A DNA stretch of 64,000 nucleotides, from positions 3,782,001-3,846,000 of the forward strand of contig JBHGNT010000008.1 of assembly GCA_043228905.1 (NCBI GenBank). The letters run 5' to 3'. The notes below the pieces were generated by a model. That model ran no database searches, was not told where the DNA came from, and saw nothing but the letters and a program-made list of their open reading frames with translations. The position numbers and the translations under genes were made by a program. Every line of letters starts with the position of its first letter. Position 1 is the stretch's first letter. The stretch comes from Azolla caroliniana. Its lineage: Eukaryota; Plantae; Polypodiophyta. Shown in pieces: positions 45,765 through 57,045 of the stretch.

Positions 45765-48700
45765 TCAATTAGATTCCTCCATGTCTTCATTTTCATCCGG
45801 CCCATTATGTTCATCGTCGAGGTAATCGAGGTCAGGATCCTTGTCTTGTCTTTTCTTGAAAAGCTTTACTCTTTTTCCCGCAATGGGTACGACCAACCAT
45901 GATCCGTCTAGTTCCGCAAGGTGGTATGTGGCATTATCGTTGGCACTTGTCACCACATACGGCCCGAACCATCTTCTTGCGAACTTCCTTGTTGTACTAT
46001 GTTGATTGTCAAGGGTGTTGTCGTAAACCAAAACCCAATCCCCTTCTTCAATCTTCTTGGGACGAAGTCGATGCGTGTTGTCGAACCGAACTTTGTTCTT
46101 TACTCGGGCTGCCTTCATCATCTTTCGCGCTTTTTCTAAATCTTCAGGTCTTCTTTCAAGTTGCCTTATCCGCGCCGCTAATAACTCTTCTCGGCTCATC
46201 TCGTTCTCCCACGGTATCGCTACCCATGAGGCGATCGTCCTTTCGATGGGCATAATCGGCTTTTGTCCATACATAAGCTCCGTCGGCATATACCTTGTCA
46301 CCGAGCTATATGTCGTTCTATCGGCCCACAAGGCATAGGGTAATAGTCGTGGCCAATTCCCGACTCGACCGTTGCATGCTCGTACGATGGTTTTAATGAT
46401 AGGTCCATGCCCTCGCTCGATCTTCCCATTTGCTTCCGGATTGTAGGCAGTCGTGAGGGAGAGCTTCACGCCTAGTCTTTCGAAGAGCTCCGTCGCTTCG
46501 TGCGCGTCCAACTCCCCTCGGTCGGCCACTATCTTCCCTACACATCCATATCGGCAAACAACATCTTCAAGTAAAAATTTACAAACGGCTGAAGTCGTCT
46601 TATTTGTCAAGGTTCGTCCTTCCACTTGATTTGTCAAGTCTTCCCTTGCCAGCGCTAAGTACTTCATTTGTCCCACTCCCATTGGCATCGAGACCAGATC
46701 CACCATCCATTTGAAGTGAATGGTGAGTGGGTATGTCGGCTTTAACTCATCACGATGACGTATATTTGAATATATTTGGCAAGTTTCACATGTGGACACG
46801 AAATGGAGTACATCTTTGTACATGCTTGGCCACCAGTACTTCTCCTTCAATTTTTCGAACGTCGCCCATGTTCCTCTATGACCTGCCCAAGCACTCTCGT
46901 GGAATTCGGTCATCAGCGTCTCTTGCTCTTCTTTCTTTACCACCACTCGACGTGGTATTCCTGTCCTTCTTTTTGGATGTGGCCAAAGGAATCCTCCCTT
47001 CAAGAAGAATCGGTAAGCTTTCTTTCGGATTCGTAGGGCCTCCTCCTTTGTCAACGAAGCATCTGTCGTCAATGTTCTTAGGAATCTACCGATGAGTAAC
47101 CATTCTCCTTCGTACTCGTTCTCGTTGAAGGCATGGAGGGTTTACGTGTCCTGGTCTTCCGCCGACAATCGAGCCATCTTGAAGAAGTTGAGGGCGACAT
47201 CTTCATCTTCCGAAACCATGTTACTTCCATTTGAAAATCTTGCCCTCGACAGCATGTCAACCATGGCGTTCTTCTTCCCTACGATGTGACGGATCTCTAG
47301 GTTTAAAGACTTGATGTAGGCGATCCACCTTAGCATAGCAAGATCTGGGGTCGCACATCCCGAGACCATTCCGAGAATTGGGAGACAATCTGTCTCTATT
47401 ATCACTTCTGACCCGATCAGGTAATCTTTGTCCGTCTTCACTGCCGACACAATACCCCAAAGTTCCCGCTTGACTTGGGCATATCTTTGTTGCCGTTCGC
47501 TGAGAACCTTTGCTCCGAACCGGACGGCATATCGCGCATTAACTTCACCTTCTTGATTGATGACCCACCCGATTCCGGTTGGGCTCGTATCTACGGTCAC
47601 GTAAATTGGTTTCCCTTCGGCATAGTCGGCCTTCCTTAGTGCCGGAGCTTCAAGAAGCAGTTTCTTTAATCTTCGCATCGCCTCTGTGTGCTCGTCTCGC
47701 CATTCGAACTTTATTCTTTTCTTTAGTAGTTCATATAACGGTTCGGCGACATGAGCGTTGTGAGGAATCCATATATGATAAAATGCGCACGCTCCAAGGA
47801 ACCTTCGAACCTCCGTTCGGTTTTCGCATTCTTCTTTCATGTCTTGGATTGCGTTCACTTTGGATGGCGAGGGCTTCCGGCCGTATGCTCCACACAAGTG
47901 ACCTACCACCAAGATCTCCGGTTGCTCGAATGCGGATTTTTCTCCCGAAAATGTCAAATTCGCATCTTCGAGCCTTTGAAGCACCTTCTTGCAATCTTTC
48001 ATATGATCCGCAACGAACTTTCTACAACCTTCCTTATCTTTCGATTCATCTTTCTCCTCATCCGAACATCCTTTTATCGGAATATCATCCAAGAATGGCA
48101 TCGTGATGTCCGGAATGCAATCCTTCAAGACTTTATTCATGGCATTCACCATACGAGCCACCGAGTTCGTTGCGCCTTGGGGTAAGGTACACATCCGCAG
48201 AAGCCCGATCGGAGTCCTCATGGTTGTAATGTCCCGACTGTCGATCGCCAATTGGAATTGGTCATATCCGGAGTAGAGATCGCCAATGGAGTAGATGGAC
48301 CGGCCCGCAAACGCTTCGGCAAATTCGTCCACGCTCGGACCGATTCCGGCATTTCGAATTGTCACCTTGTTGACGGGTTGAAGATCTTGGATGAATCGCA
48401 ATGATCCATTCTTCTTCGGCACCGTGAACCACCTATTGGAATAAGGAGCATTCGACGGTTCTAGAATTCCCATACTCACCTTCTCCTTTAAGAGCTCGAT
48501 CAGCTTCGGAAGGTGTGCTCTCGGAACCGGTATCGGTTTCAAATTCCAAGGCACATGAGGCACCGTGAAGATCACCATTGGCTCTATAACCTTTGGGTCG
48601 GTGCATCCGATTTCTCGTGGGAAGAATGCGAAAGCCTTCCCATGTCTCTCAAGCATATCGCGAAACATTCGCTCCTCTTCAGGGAGAAGGAAATCCTCCT

Positions 48701-49252
48701 TTCCAACTCGTAGCTTCCCCTTCGTCTCTTTGGTGAAGTCATGACCTATCTTCTTCGGATCTCTTAAGCTTGGATCGTTAGCGACTTCCTTCATCTTTTG
48801 CCAGCTATCTTCTGGTAGCGGAACAACAACTGGCTTGATCTTCTTATCCACCGTTTTATATTTCGTGTTGATGTCAGCTTCCTTCATCGAGATGCCACGA
48901 CGGTATTCATCGATGATAGCGTACATGTTGACGGAGTTAACCGAAATCACGCGTTGGTTGTGAAGATAGCTCAAGTCCACGATGTCCTCGATTTCGCCGA
49001 TGGTGTCGTTAAATGAGGCTTCTTCCATAATATGAGTCACGAACTCTCCTTCTTCTATTATGTTCTCTTCTTTCAGCATCTTCTCGAATTCTTGTATCCG
49101 GCGCTTGTGCTTCCTGTCGGGTAGTACTAGTTTACATGCGCCACTAGGTGTGACACATGTTGCTTCTCCTTGCAATCCACGCACTCTTCTTTCTTGTGGG
49201 GTCTTGTGATTGCTCAGACTATTTGTGCCCCATGCTTCAATAGTCCGCTCTA
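45765..49252 (-). pseudogene. pol: pol (RT-RNaseH-integrase) of element D, with one frameshift near 47100-47140
   Basis: ORF 47142-49184 (YSNRWFTVPKK, DLYSGYDQ, LPQGATNS, FLDDI, VDTS..ETDC) and ORF 45765-47072 (HHCC zinc finger, D..D-E core, RWFGPY, acidic tail, no chromodomain). Confidence 0.9.
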
Positions 49253-49259
49253 AAAATCC
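49196..49259 (-). promoter_or_regulatory. Predicted -1 ribosomal frameshift signal of element D
   Basis: G GAT TTT TAG ends the Gag-PR ORF (stop 49250-49252). The -1 frame is open straight into ORF 47142-49184 (offset 69 nt). Stem GGACTATT/AATAGTCT forms, and loop TGGGG can pair with downstream CCCCA. Confidence 0.8.
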
Positions 49260-51453
49260 GAGGATTCGCCTCCGAGACTATCTCGATTCCTTTCATGATT
49301 GGTTCGCACTGTTAGGAATTGGACCGATCTTTGGTTGTCAAGACTCTTTATTCGTGCGAAGGCTGCTCCATTATCGAACACTTTGGTCTCCATCCGAGAT
49401 GATGTGATATAAGGTTGCCCTAGGATGACAGGATGCGACGCTGATTCTTGTACGAAGAAGTGTTGATCCATCTCTACATCCCCGATCGTGACTTTGACAT
49501 TGGGACAAGCTCCGTACAAGTCCTCCGTAGACTTTGTTGCCGCACGAATCTTCCATCCGTGGTTTGTATTGATTGGCCATCTTCCCTTTTTGTAGAAGTC
49601 GGTTGACATGAGGTTGATCTCCGAGCCGTGGTCGATCAAGGCTACGACGGTCTCTTTCTTCTCCCCGATCTTCACCGGCGTCTCCGTTGTCGCTCGTGCC
49701 CAATGAGGTCGAGTGTAGTGGTTGTCCACCATATCTTCATCAATTTCGTCTCTTGCCATCGTTATGGCATTCGTTTTTGCTTTTTGCGGCTTCTCTTCTT
49801 CCTCGTCCGATTGTTGTCTCTTTCTCTTTACAAGGTCCACGATCGTGTCATGGAACTCCTTCTTCGTAATGCCAAGCAATTCCCTCAAGGACAAAGTTAC
49901 GTGGCTATCAAGAACTCGTTCTTCGAGAATCTTCTTTAGGTCCGTCGTCTGCTCTATGTCCGACCTTAGCTTATAGGTAGGTATGGTCCTTGTCCTCCGA
50001 GTGGGGTCTTCGACACCAACCTTCACGGGCCGAACCGTTTCTTCAACTCGTATGCTTGGCTCCCCTTTTCGGCTTGATTCTCGTTCCTCCGTTTGTAAAG
50101 GTCGACTCGTCTCCGTATCGTCCTTCTTTTTCGCGTTCCTTGTTTCATGTCTTTTTGATGGGCCTTGCTCTTCTATTCTCTTTCTCTTTTCTTCGACGAA
50201 CACCTCGTGGTTGTCGCACATCACCTCTGCAAGTATGGTGTTGTCGTCCACCGGATCCGACCACCCGGTTATGCTTTGCACGTTTCGGTCCGCAAGCTCT
50301 ACCTCGTTCGATGTGACTTTTCCCTTCTTCTCATATTCGAGAACGGAAGTCCAAAACTTTGCTCCCGCTCTAGCAGCTTCAGTCTTGTCTTTCCCGACTC
50401 TTATTCCAGCCGACGCAGCATAGTGCATCGCATCCACATGAGTCGCATCGACATCCTCCATAGATTTCTTCATCCTCCTCTTCCGAAATTCACCCGTAGG
50501 GGTCTTCTAGTCTCGCTTGAGCAGATCATATTGTCCTCTATGTATACGATATTTTGTCGAATCGCCTCTCGAAGGCTCGCACAATCCCTTCTCATGTGGT
50601 CCATGCTATCGCACCACACACATCTAAAGGGTTCTTTTCCTTTAGGGCCCCGACGATTCATGTTGGCTAGCGTGACCTTCTCGAACTTCTTCGCTAGCTC
50701 TTCGATGATGTCGTCATCAATCTTCTTTTCTTCCACGTTACTTTGTCTCAGCGGCTCAGCTACTTTCGGCGGTCTTGCTTTCTCCGTGGTAGTCGGTTCC
50801 GTCATGTCGGTGTCATCAACCCATTGGCGACGCTTGTCGAGCCTATTGCATGCCCGCTTCACCGCGATCCAGTCCGCTACGAGCCCATTTGCTTGGGTAT
50901 CATCTTCGAGAAGAGTCCCCAACTCCCGTCTATCCTTTATGTCCACGGCCTTCAAGAAGTACAAAGTCTTGTCCTCTTCAAGCAACACTTGGTCCGTATT
51001 GGGGAGACAACTAAACATCTGGTCGAATTCGTCGTACACCCTCGAGACGCTCATCTTCTTATTCTTCTTCTCTATCCACTTCATCAGGGCATATCGAGTC
51101 ATCCTCGTTGAGTCTTCAGTCACGAACTCCGCTAGTATCGTTTTCTTGAACTCGGACCATGTTGTCTTACCTTCTTGAAGCTCGATGACACGTCTTTGGA
51201 TGTTGTTGGCGACAACTCTCTTGAAGCTTGTGATTTGAAGTGCCTCGGACACGTCCCTTTGATTCATCTCCCTCTTATATGCATCAAGGAACTTCATAAC
51301 GTTCCTTCCATCGAATTGGCCCTCGAGCTCTACGACACGATCGACAGCCTTCTCCACGCTCGCGTCGTTGTCCCGAGATCTCATCATTTGCTCGACGATT
51401 AGCATCATCCTTTCGAGCTCTCCTGCTTGGTTGCTTGAGGACGCCATCTCCAA
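49250..51453 (-). pseudogene. gag: gag-protease ORF of element D, broken by a 1-nt deletion at ~50470
   Basis: ORF 50470-51453 (FDGRNVMKFL, CVWCDSMDHMRRDC knuckle) plus ORF 49250-50473 (ALIDHGSEINLM..VILGQPY aspartic protease). Confidence 0.88.
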
Positions 51454-52997
51454 GTATTAATCTCGACTTAATCATTCCTACCGCCTCTTTCACGTTGGGT
51501 TCACCACTTAATTATGTCGTGAAGATCCATCACTACGCCCGGATCATGAGGCGGAACCGCCGGGGTTCTGGACCAGAAGGATTTAGAGTCGATACAAGCT
51601 TTGGCGAGAAAGTACTTAAGATAGATTGGGAAAGAGAGAAGTTGAGATTACACGATCAATTTGATAATGAATTTCTTCCTCTTAATTTTCATAAAAAAAA
51701 ATCGTGTTTTTTCTCCTCCCCCTTCCCTCTTTTATAGATGCTCTCATGCATATGATGCATGTGAGGGTACAAGACATACATAAATTGCATGTTTGCCATT
51801 TGGCGCTTAAGTATTACATGTGGTGCATGATAACCATGTCACTCATTTTAGCTCTCATGTATGAGAATTTACATGTTAAAGTACAATGATAGAAATATAA
51901 TTTCAACTAAATAGCATGGCTTAATGGTAAGCCAATTGACTCCTAACTTGGAGGTGCAAGGTTTGACTCCATACTTGCCCTCCTTGTATATGTAAATATG
52001 TATATTTATTTATATATTTATTTATCTAGTCGTCGGACGCCGATTCGTCGGATGCCGTCGGATCACCGGCTCCATCGCCGGTCCGGTTTTGGTTGGCCAA
52101 AACCCTTTACGAGTAGCTAGCCACCTCCACTCTTAGTTCAAGTTACCTTGAACTCTCTATGCTCCACACATAGACACAAAGATAATATCTTTTGCTCCAC
52201 CTTATATATGATGAGAGCCGTATTTGTCGTGCCTATGTGGGATATCTCACAATTTTCTCTTTTCTTTTCACAAACTTTATACCCTCATATCTTGATATTT
52301 AGTTGTCCATTTCTCGTGTAATAAAGTGCATTCGAAACCTCCATCATTTTGTACTTAGAAATTAAAAATGTTATCTTCACAATTATTGTATTACGTGATT
52401 CATACTCGATTTCGTACGTTTTATGGGATTTTCACACTATTGCCGAAAATCTTCACGACACCGGTCTTCTTCCGTCGGCAGTAGGAACCCGCCCCCACCG
52501 ATTTTGAGCTCCCGTAGCGTTCTGTCAGTGAAGGTGTGTCCTATGCAGGCCGGATCTCGTAAACTGGGGTCCGACGCGACCCCCTTGATTCGCAACTTAC
52601 TGCCCTCCGGTAAGGGTGTCACGACTGGCCTTACCTTCCGGTCCACAGTCTTGTACTTCGTGTTAACCCGGGCCGTCCGTTCCGACTCGAGCCCTCGACT
52701 GAAGTCCGCGATGACTTCGTACATTTCTTCTGAACAAACCGGTATCGTCCGGTCCTCTTTAAGGCCCTCTCCGACCACCTCTCGCAGTATTCCCAAGGTA
52801 TCGTCGAAGGAGACCGCCTCCACGGCTCCGTTGATTTCCTCGCTGGGCCCGAGAACTCCGCACGCCCGAAGTCGCTCTTCCGCCCTTGTCTTTTCTCGGC
52901 CTACAACGCCGACTATCGTACACCCTCCATTGTCGGAGAAACAAAACTTCCTACTTATGGTACAAGGTTTCTTTGGCTTCGCTTCTATCGTACATTT

Positions 52998-53063
52998 GTG
53001 GGGTTTTCCCGGAGTGTCAGGACTGTCGCGGCCCCCCACCTTGGCAGCCCTCTCTAAAAATCC
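52998..53063 (-). promoter_or_regulatory. Predicted -1 ribosomal frameshift signal of element C
   Basis: G GAT TTT TAG (stop 53054-53056), with the -1 frame open into ORF 52437-53039. Stem GGGCTG/CAGTCC forms, and loop GTGGGG pairs with CCCCAC. Confidence 0.78.
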
Positions 53064-56000
53064 TCTCGGTTCTCGCCACCGAGGGACTCGCGGTTTCGCT
53101 CGTGGTTTGGTCGCACCTTCAGGAACTGGACCGAATGTCGCCCGTCTTGACTCTTGACCCTCGCGTAAGCCGACCCGTTATCCAGCACCTTGGTCTCCAT
53201 TCGTGTTGCCGTAATGTACGGTTCTCCCAGTATGACCGGGTGCGAGGACGTCTCTTGCACAAAGAAGTGTTGGTCTATCTCGACATCGCCGATCTTGACT
53301 CGCACGTTTGGGCAGGCCCCGTGTAGTTCCTCGGTGGCGCGCGTCGCCGCCCGTATCTTCCACCCGTGCTTAGTGTTGATTGGCCATTTCCCCTTCTTGT
53401 AGAAGTCCATGGACATCAGGTTTATTTCCAAACCGTGGTTCACCAGTGCCACCACCGGTTCCTGAACATCTCCGATCTTCACCGGAGTTTCCGTGGTCGC
53501 TCGGGCCCAGTGTGGCCTCGAATAGTGGCTCTCCGCCCACTCGTCTTCCAACGCCATGTCCTCTATGTGCGCCGTCCACACCTCCACCGGTCTTTCCGGT
53601 TCTGCCTCCGTCGACAGCCTCTTCCTCTACACCAAGTCCACGATGGAGCCGTGGAACTCCTTCTTGGCGATTCCGAGCACCTCCCGCAACGACAGTTCTA
53701 CTTTGCTGTCGAGGATTCGTTCTTCCAGGACCTTTCGTAGGTCCGTGTTCCTTTCGATCTCCGTGCCCAAACGGTACCCGCCCTTCTTGTGGTTATCCCA
53801 GGCACTGGACTCACCGGCCTCGTTCCGTTTCGGCCCGAATCGGGTTTCGTATCTCTGTGAGGGTTCGGCCCCTCCGGTTTTACCTACCCGTTTGTCTTCA
53901 ACCAGAGCCTCGTAGTTCTGGCAAGCTGCTTTGACGAAACCCATCTTTTCTTCGACCGGGTCACTCCACCCGGTTACCTCCTGGACCCGCTTCTCCGCGC
54001 GGTCCGCCTCGTCTCTCTTTAGTCGGGCACTGGCGAGGCCTTCCAGCACCGTCGGCCAGAACTCGGCTTTGCTCTCCTTCCTGGCCTCGCTGCCTCCGAC
54101 CCGAATACCGGCTGACGCCGAGTAGTGGACGGTCTCCGCGTGCCGGGCCGCCGCCTCTTCCATCAGCCTTTTCATTCCTCCTCGCCCGTCGTTTCGGTTC
54201 AGGGCCCTCCGGGTATCGCTGGCGTGCACCCGACCTTCCCACAGGTACACTACTCAGCTCCTCAAAGCCTCCATAAAGTCCCCGCAGTCTTTCCGGACGT
54301 GGCCGACCTCGTCGCACCACATGCACCTACTTCCTGCCAGAGGCCGTCGGTCACGAGCCTGATCGCCACCTTCCCTCCGAGCCTGGGCGATCTGGAGATC
54401 CTTTACCGCTCGCGTCAACTCCTCCAGAGTTGTTCCCCCGGATGAGCCTCTGATCACGCCGGTCGAAGCCGAATCGGTCTCGAGCCACTCCCGGATCTCT
54501 TCCCTTCGCGCCTGCGGTATCGGTTCGAGCTTCCTTGCTGCGACAGGTCCCACCCCGGTCGCCTCTGTATCAGCCCACTCCCACCGCTTGTCAAAACGGC
54601 CGCAGACTCTTTTTACCGCAGCCCAGTCGGCCGTCAGCCCGTCTTCGGTTTCCAGTAAGGAGCCAACTTGCCCCCGATCCCGTGCGTCAACCAATTTTAC
54701 AAACAGCAGGACACGACTTGTGTCCAGAATGGTCCGATTGAGCGCCGAAAGGCGCGCAAAGCGTTCCTCAAACTCCCGGAGGAGTATCGACGCATTTCTT
54801 CCTTTGTTGGGGGACTCCATCCACTCCATGAAGCTCCGCTTCGAAAGTCGAAGCGCGTCATCCAGCCCGTATTTCTCCAGGAGCCGTCCTTCGAACTCCT
54901 CCCAGGTCCGGGTCTCCGCCCAAACCTCGAACACCTCCGCATCATGGATGCCCGGCATCGCCACTCGAGGGAATCCCGCAAGACGTCTCTCTTCCGGAAT
55001 ATCCCTCATCAACATCTCCGCCCGGTAGGACGCCAAATAACTCGTGGCATCCTTTCCACTGAACCGGCCGATCATACCGACGATCGCCTCAATAGCCCTG
55101 TCAAGGGCGCTGGTGCCCTCGCGCGCGCTCACTATTCGGTCCACGGCCGAAGCCATGGCCTCTGCAAGATCCGACCCCCTCATCTTCTGCTCCTCTGTCG
55201 TCTGTTTCACGTCGGGTTCACCAAATATGTCGCATTACTACGCACGTGCATGGAGAAACGAGGCAGGACCACCGGGGTCCTGAACCGAAGAGCAGGTGAT
55301 AGAAGGGGAAAGAGAAGTAGAGAGAGACCCGGTCACATATGAGCAAAGAAACACAGGGGCATGGCCCGTCAACGCAGAAGACGCAAATGGACACAGAGAC
55401 AGGGAGACATCAGTGTCTGTATATTAACGAATAACAAATACAAAACAGAGCACGCGAGCGGTTACAACCGAACAGGCCGGCGAACAGATGCCGATGCCTG
55501 TTCGTCTGCGCACGAAAAGGGGGGAAGGGTGGAGGTGCTGCCGAAAGCACATGGGCGTTCCTCGAAGCAGCGAGAGCCTCCCAAAAACCCTACAGAGAGG
55601 AGTGATGGAGAACGAATCTAAGGAGAAGCGTCCGGTTCCGGTCCGACAGCACTTCGTCCTCCTGAATGCACGATACTTTCTCCCTGCATCTCCCTCTCCT
55701 TTATAGCTTCAAGAAGGGAGCCGTCTCCCTCATTTACTCCCCACCTACCGAATCTAACTACCCGGATATGCCTTTGTACTTAATCCCCTAGTATATACAT
55801 TAAGGGCGCGCACACGTGAAGAGCCGGTTCACACGCGCTATGCACCGATTGCGCCAAGGGACGGTTTTCTTCACGACAACGCGGCTCACCTTCTCCGAAG
55901 AGAAATTGGCTTTCGGGCAGTTAGAGATCATGGTCGTCGGTCACCTGTGCGGACCTTATGGCTGGAAACCATCCCCGGCAAAGGTAGAAGCCATCTCTGC

Positions 56001-57045
56001 TATGAAGGAAGATTGCAAGTCGGTTACGAAAGTCCGGAGGTTCTTGGGCGCATGCACGTTCTACCACATCTGGAATCCGCACTACGCACACGTCGCGGAA
56101 GCCAATCTACGGGTTGCTGAAGAAAGGCCGCAAGTTCGAGTGGAGAGGGGAACATATGGAGTCAGTCCGGAGATTGAAAGAAGCGCTTACAGCAGCACCA
56201 GCACTCTGGAAATTGGTTTATGGTTACGAGGTCCGGATTTACGTGACCATAGACACGAGCCTGACCATGATAGGATGGGTGATCAACCACGAGGACGAGA
56301 ATGGCAGGAGGTTCGCCATCCGGTTCGAGGTGAAAGTATTTAGCGAGCGACAACGAGGATACGCCCAGGTTAAACACGAACTCTGGGGGTATTGTTTCAG
56401 GGGTCAAGGCCGACAAAGACTACTTGATCGGAACAGAGGTGATAATCGAGATGGACTGCCTACCGATCCTCCGTATGGTTTCCGGATGCGCGACGCCGAA
56501 CCTAGCGATGCTTAGGTGGATTGCGTACATTAAGTCCCTGAATCCGGAGATACGGCACATCTCTGGGAAGGACAACGCCATGGCCGACATGCTTTCGAGA
56601 GCGCGGTTTGATGACGAAGACGACATGGTTTCGGAGGACGAGGAAGTCGGCGTGGACTTCTTTGAGTTAGCTTACGACGCTTAATGAGTTTGACAAGGGC
56701 GAGTACGACGGGGAGTGGCTCCAGATCGGTGGATTCCTAAAGACGATGACGTCGGACGCAGTGTGGACGAGAGAAGAGGCTAACTGGATTCGGAAGAAAG
56801 TGTACTGGTTCTTCTTATAGAACGGAAGCATATGGAAACACCCGAAGAAGCGAGGCGGCGTCCCAGTCTGGGTAGTGGCAAAGAAGGAAGAGCAGGAGGC
56901 GTTGTTAATGGCGTATCACGAGAGTCCTTGGGCCGGACATCGCAGGACGTGGGCCACATTCGAAAAGTTGAAGGAGAAGTATTGATGATCGGGATTGTAT
57001 CGGGAGATTCATTAGTTCGTGATGACTTGTGAGAGTTGTTAGATG

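Larger units (their letters stand above)
44717..52460 (-). mobile_element. Ty3/gypsy element D, full-length and innermost (youngest gypsy layer): LTRs 44717-45692 and 51515-52460, TSD CCGG
   Basis: Near-identical LTRs (one ~30-bp indel) with 12-bp terminal inverted repeats TGTCGTGAAGAT/ATCTTCACGACA. Perfect CCGG duplication at 44713-44716 and 52461-52464. PBS at 51489-51506 (1 mismatch) and PPT at ~45693-45706. Confidence 0.97.
41086..55878 (-). mobile_element. Ty3/gypsy element C, inserted in the RT of B: LTRs 41086-41736 and 55228-55878 (651 bp each), interrupted by element D
   Basis: Two highly similar 651-bp LTRs, tRNA-Trp PBS at 55206-55223, PPT at ~41737-41750, flanks GCGT/ACGC. ORFs: gag 54254-55210 (CMWCDEVGHVRKDC knuckle), protease 53054-53587, RT 43465-44703, RNaseH 42935-43489 and integrase 41729-42859. 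Confidence 0.95.

Noticed and set aside
50465-50480. Frame break inside gag of element D (GRGG* / MKKS) as a second programmed frameshift
   Set aside because: B and C read GRGGMKRLM in one frame here. D lacks a single A, so this is a decay mutation.
50165-51178. Long antisense ORFs over the gypsy elements (e.g. 337 aa at 50165-51178, 244 aa at 52423-53157, 224 aa at 54668-55342) as env-like or extra genes
   Set aside because: They lie exactly opposite gag/pol, are not conserved as ORFs between B, C and D, and are expected from codon bias.
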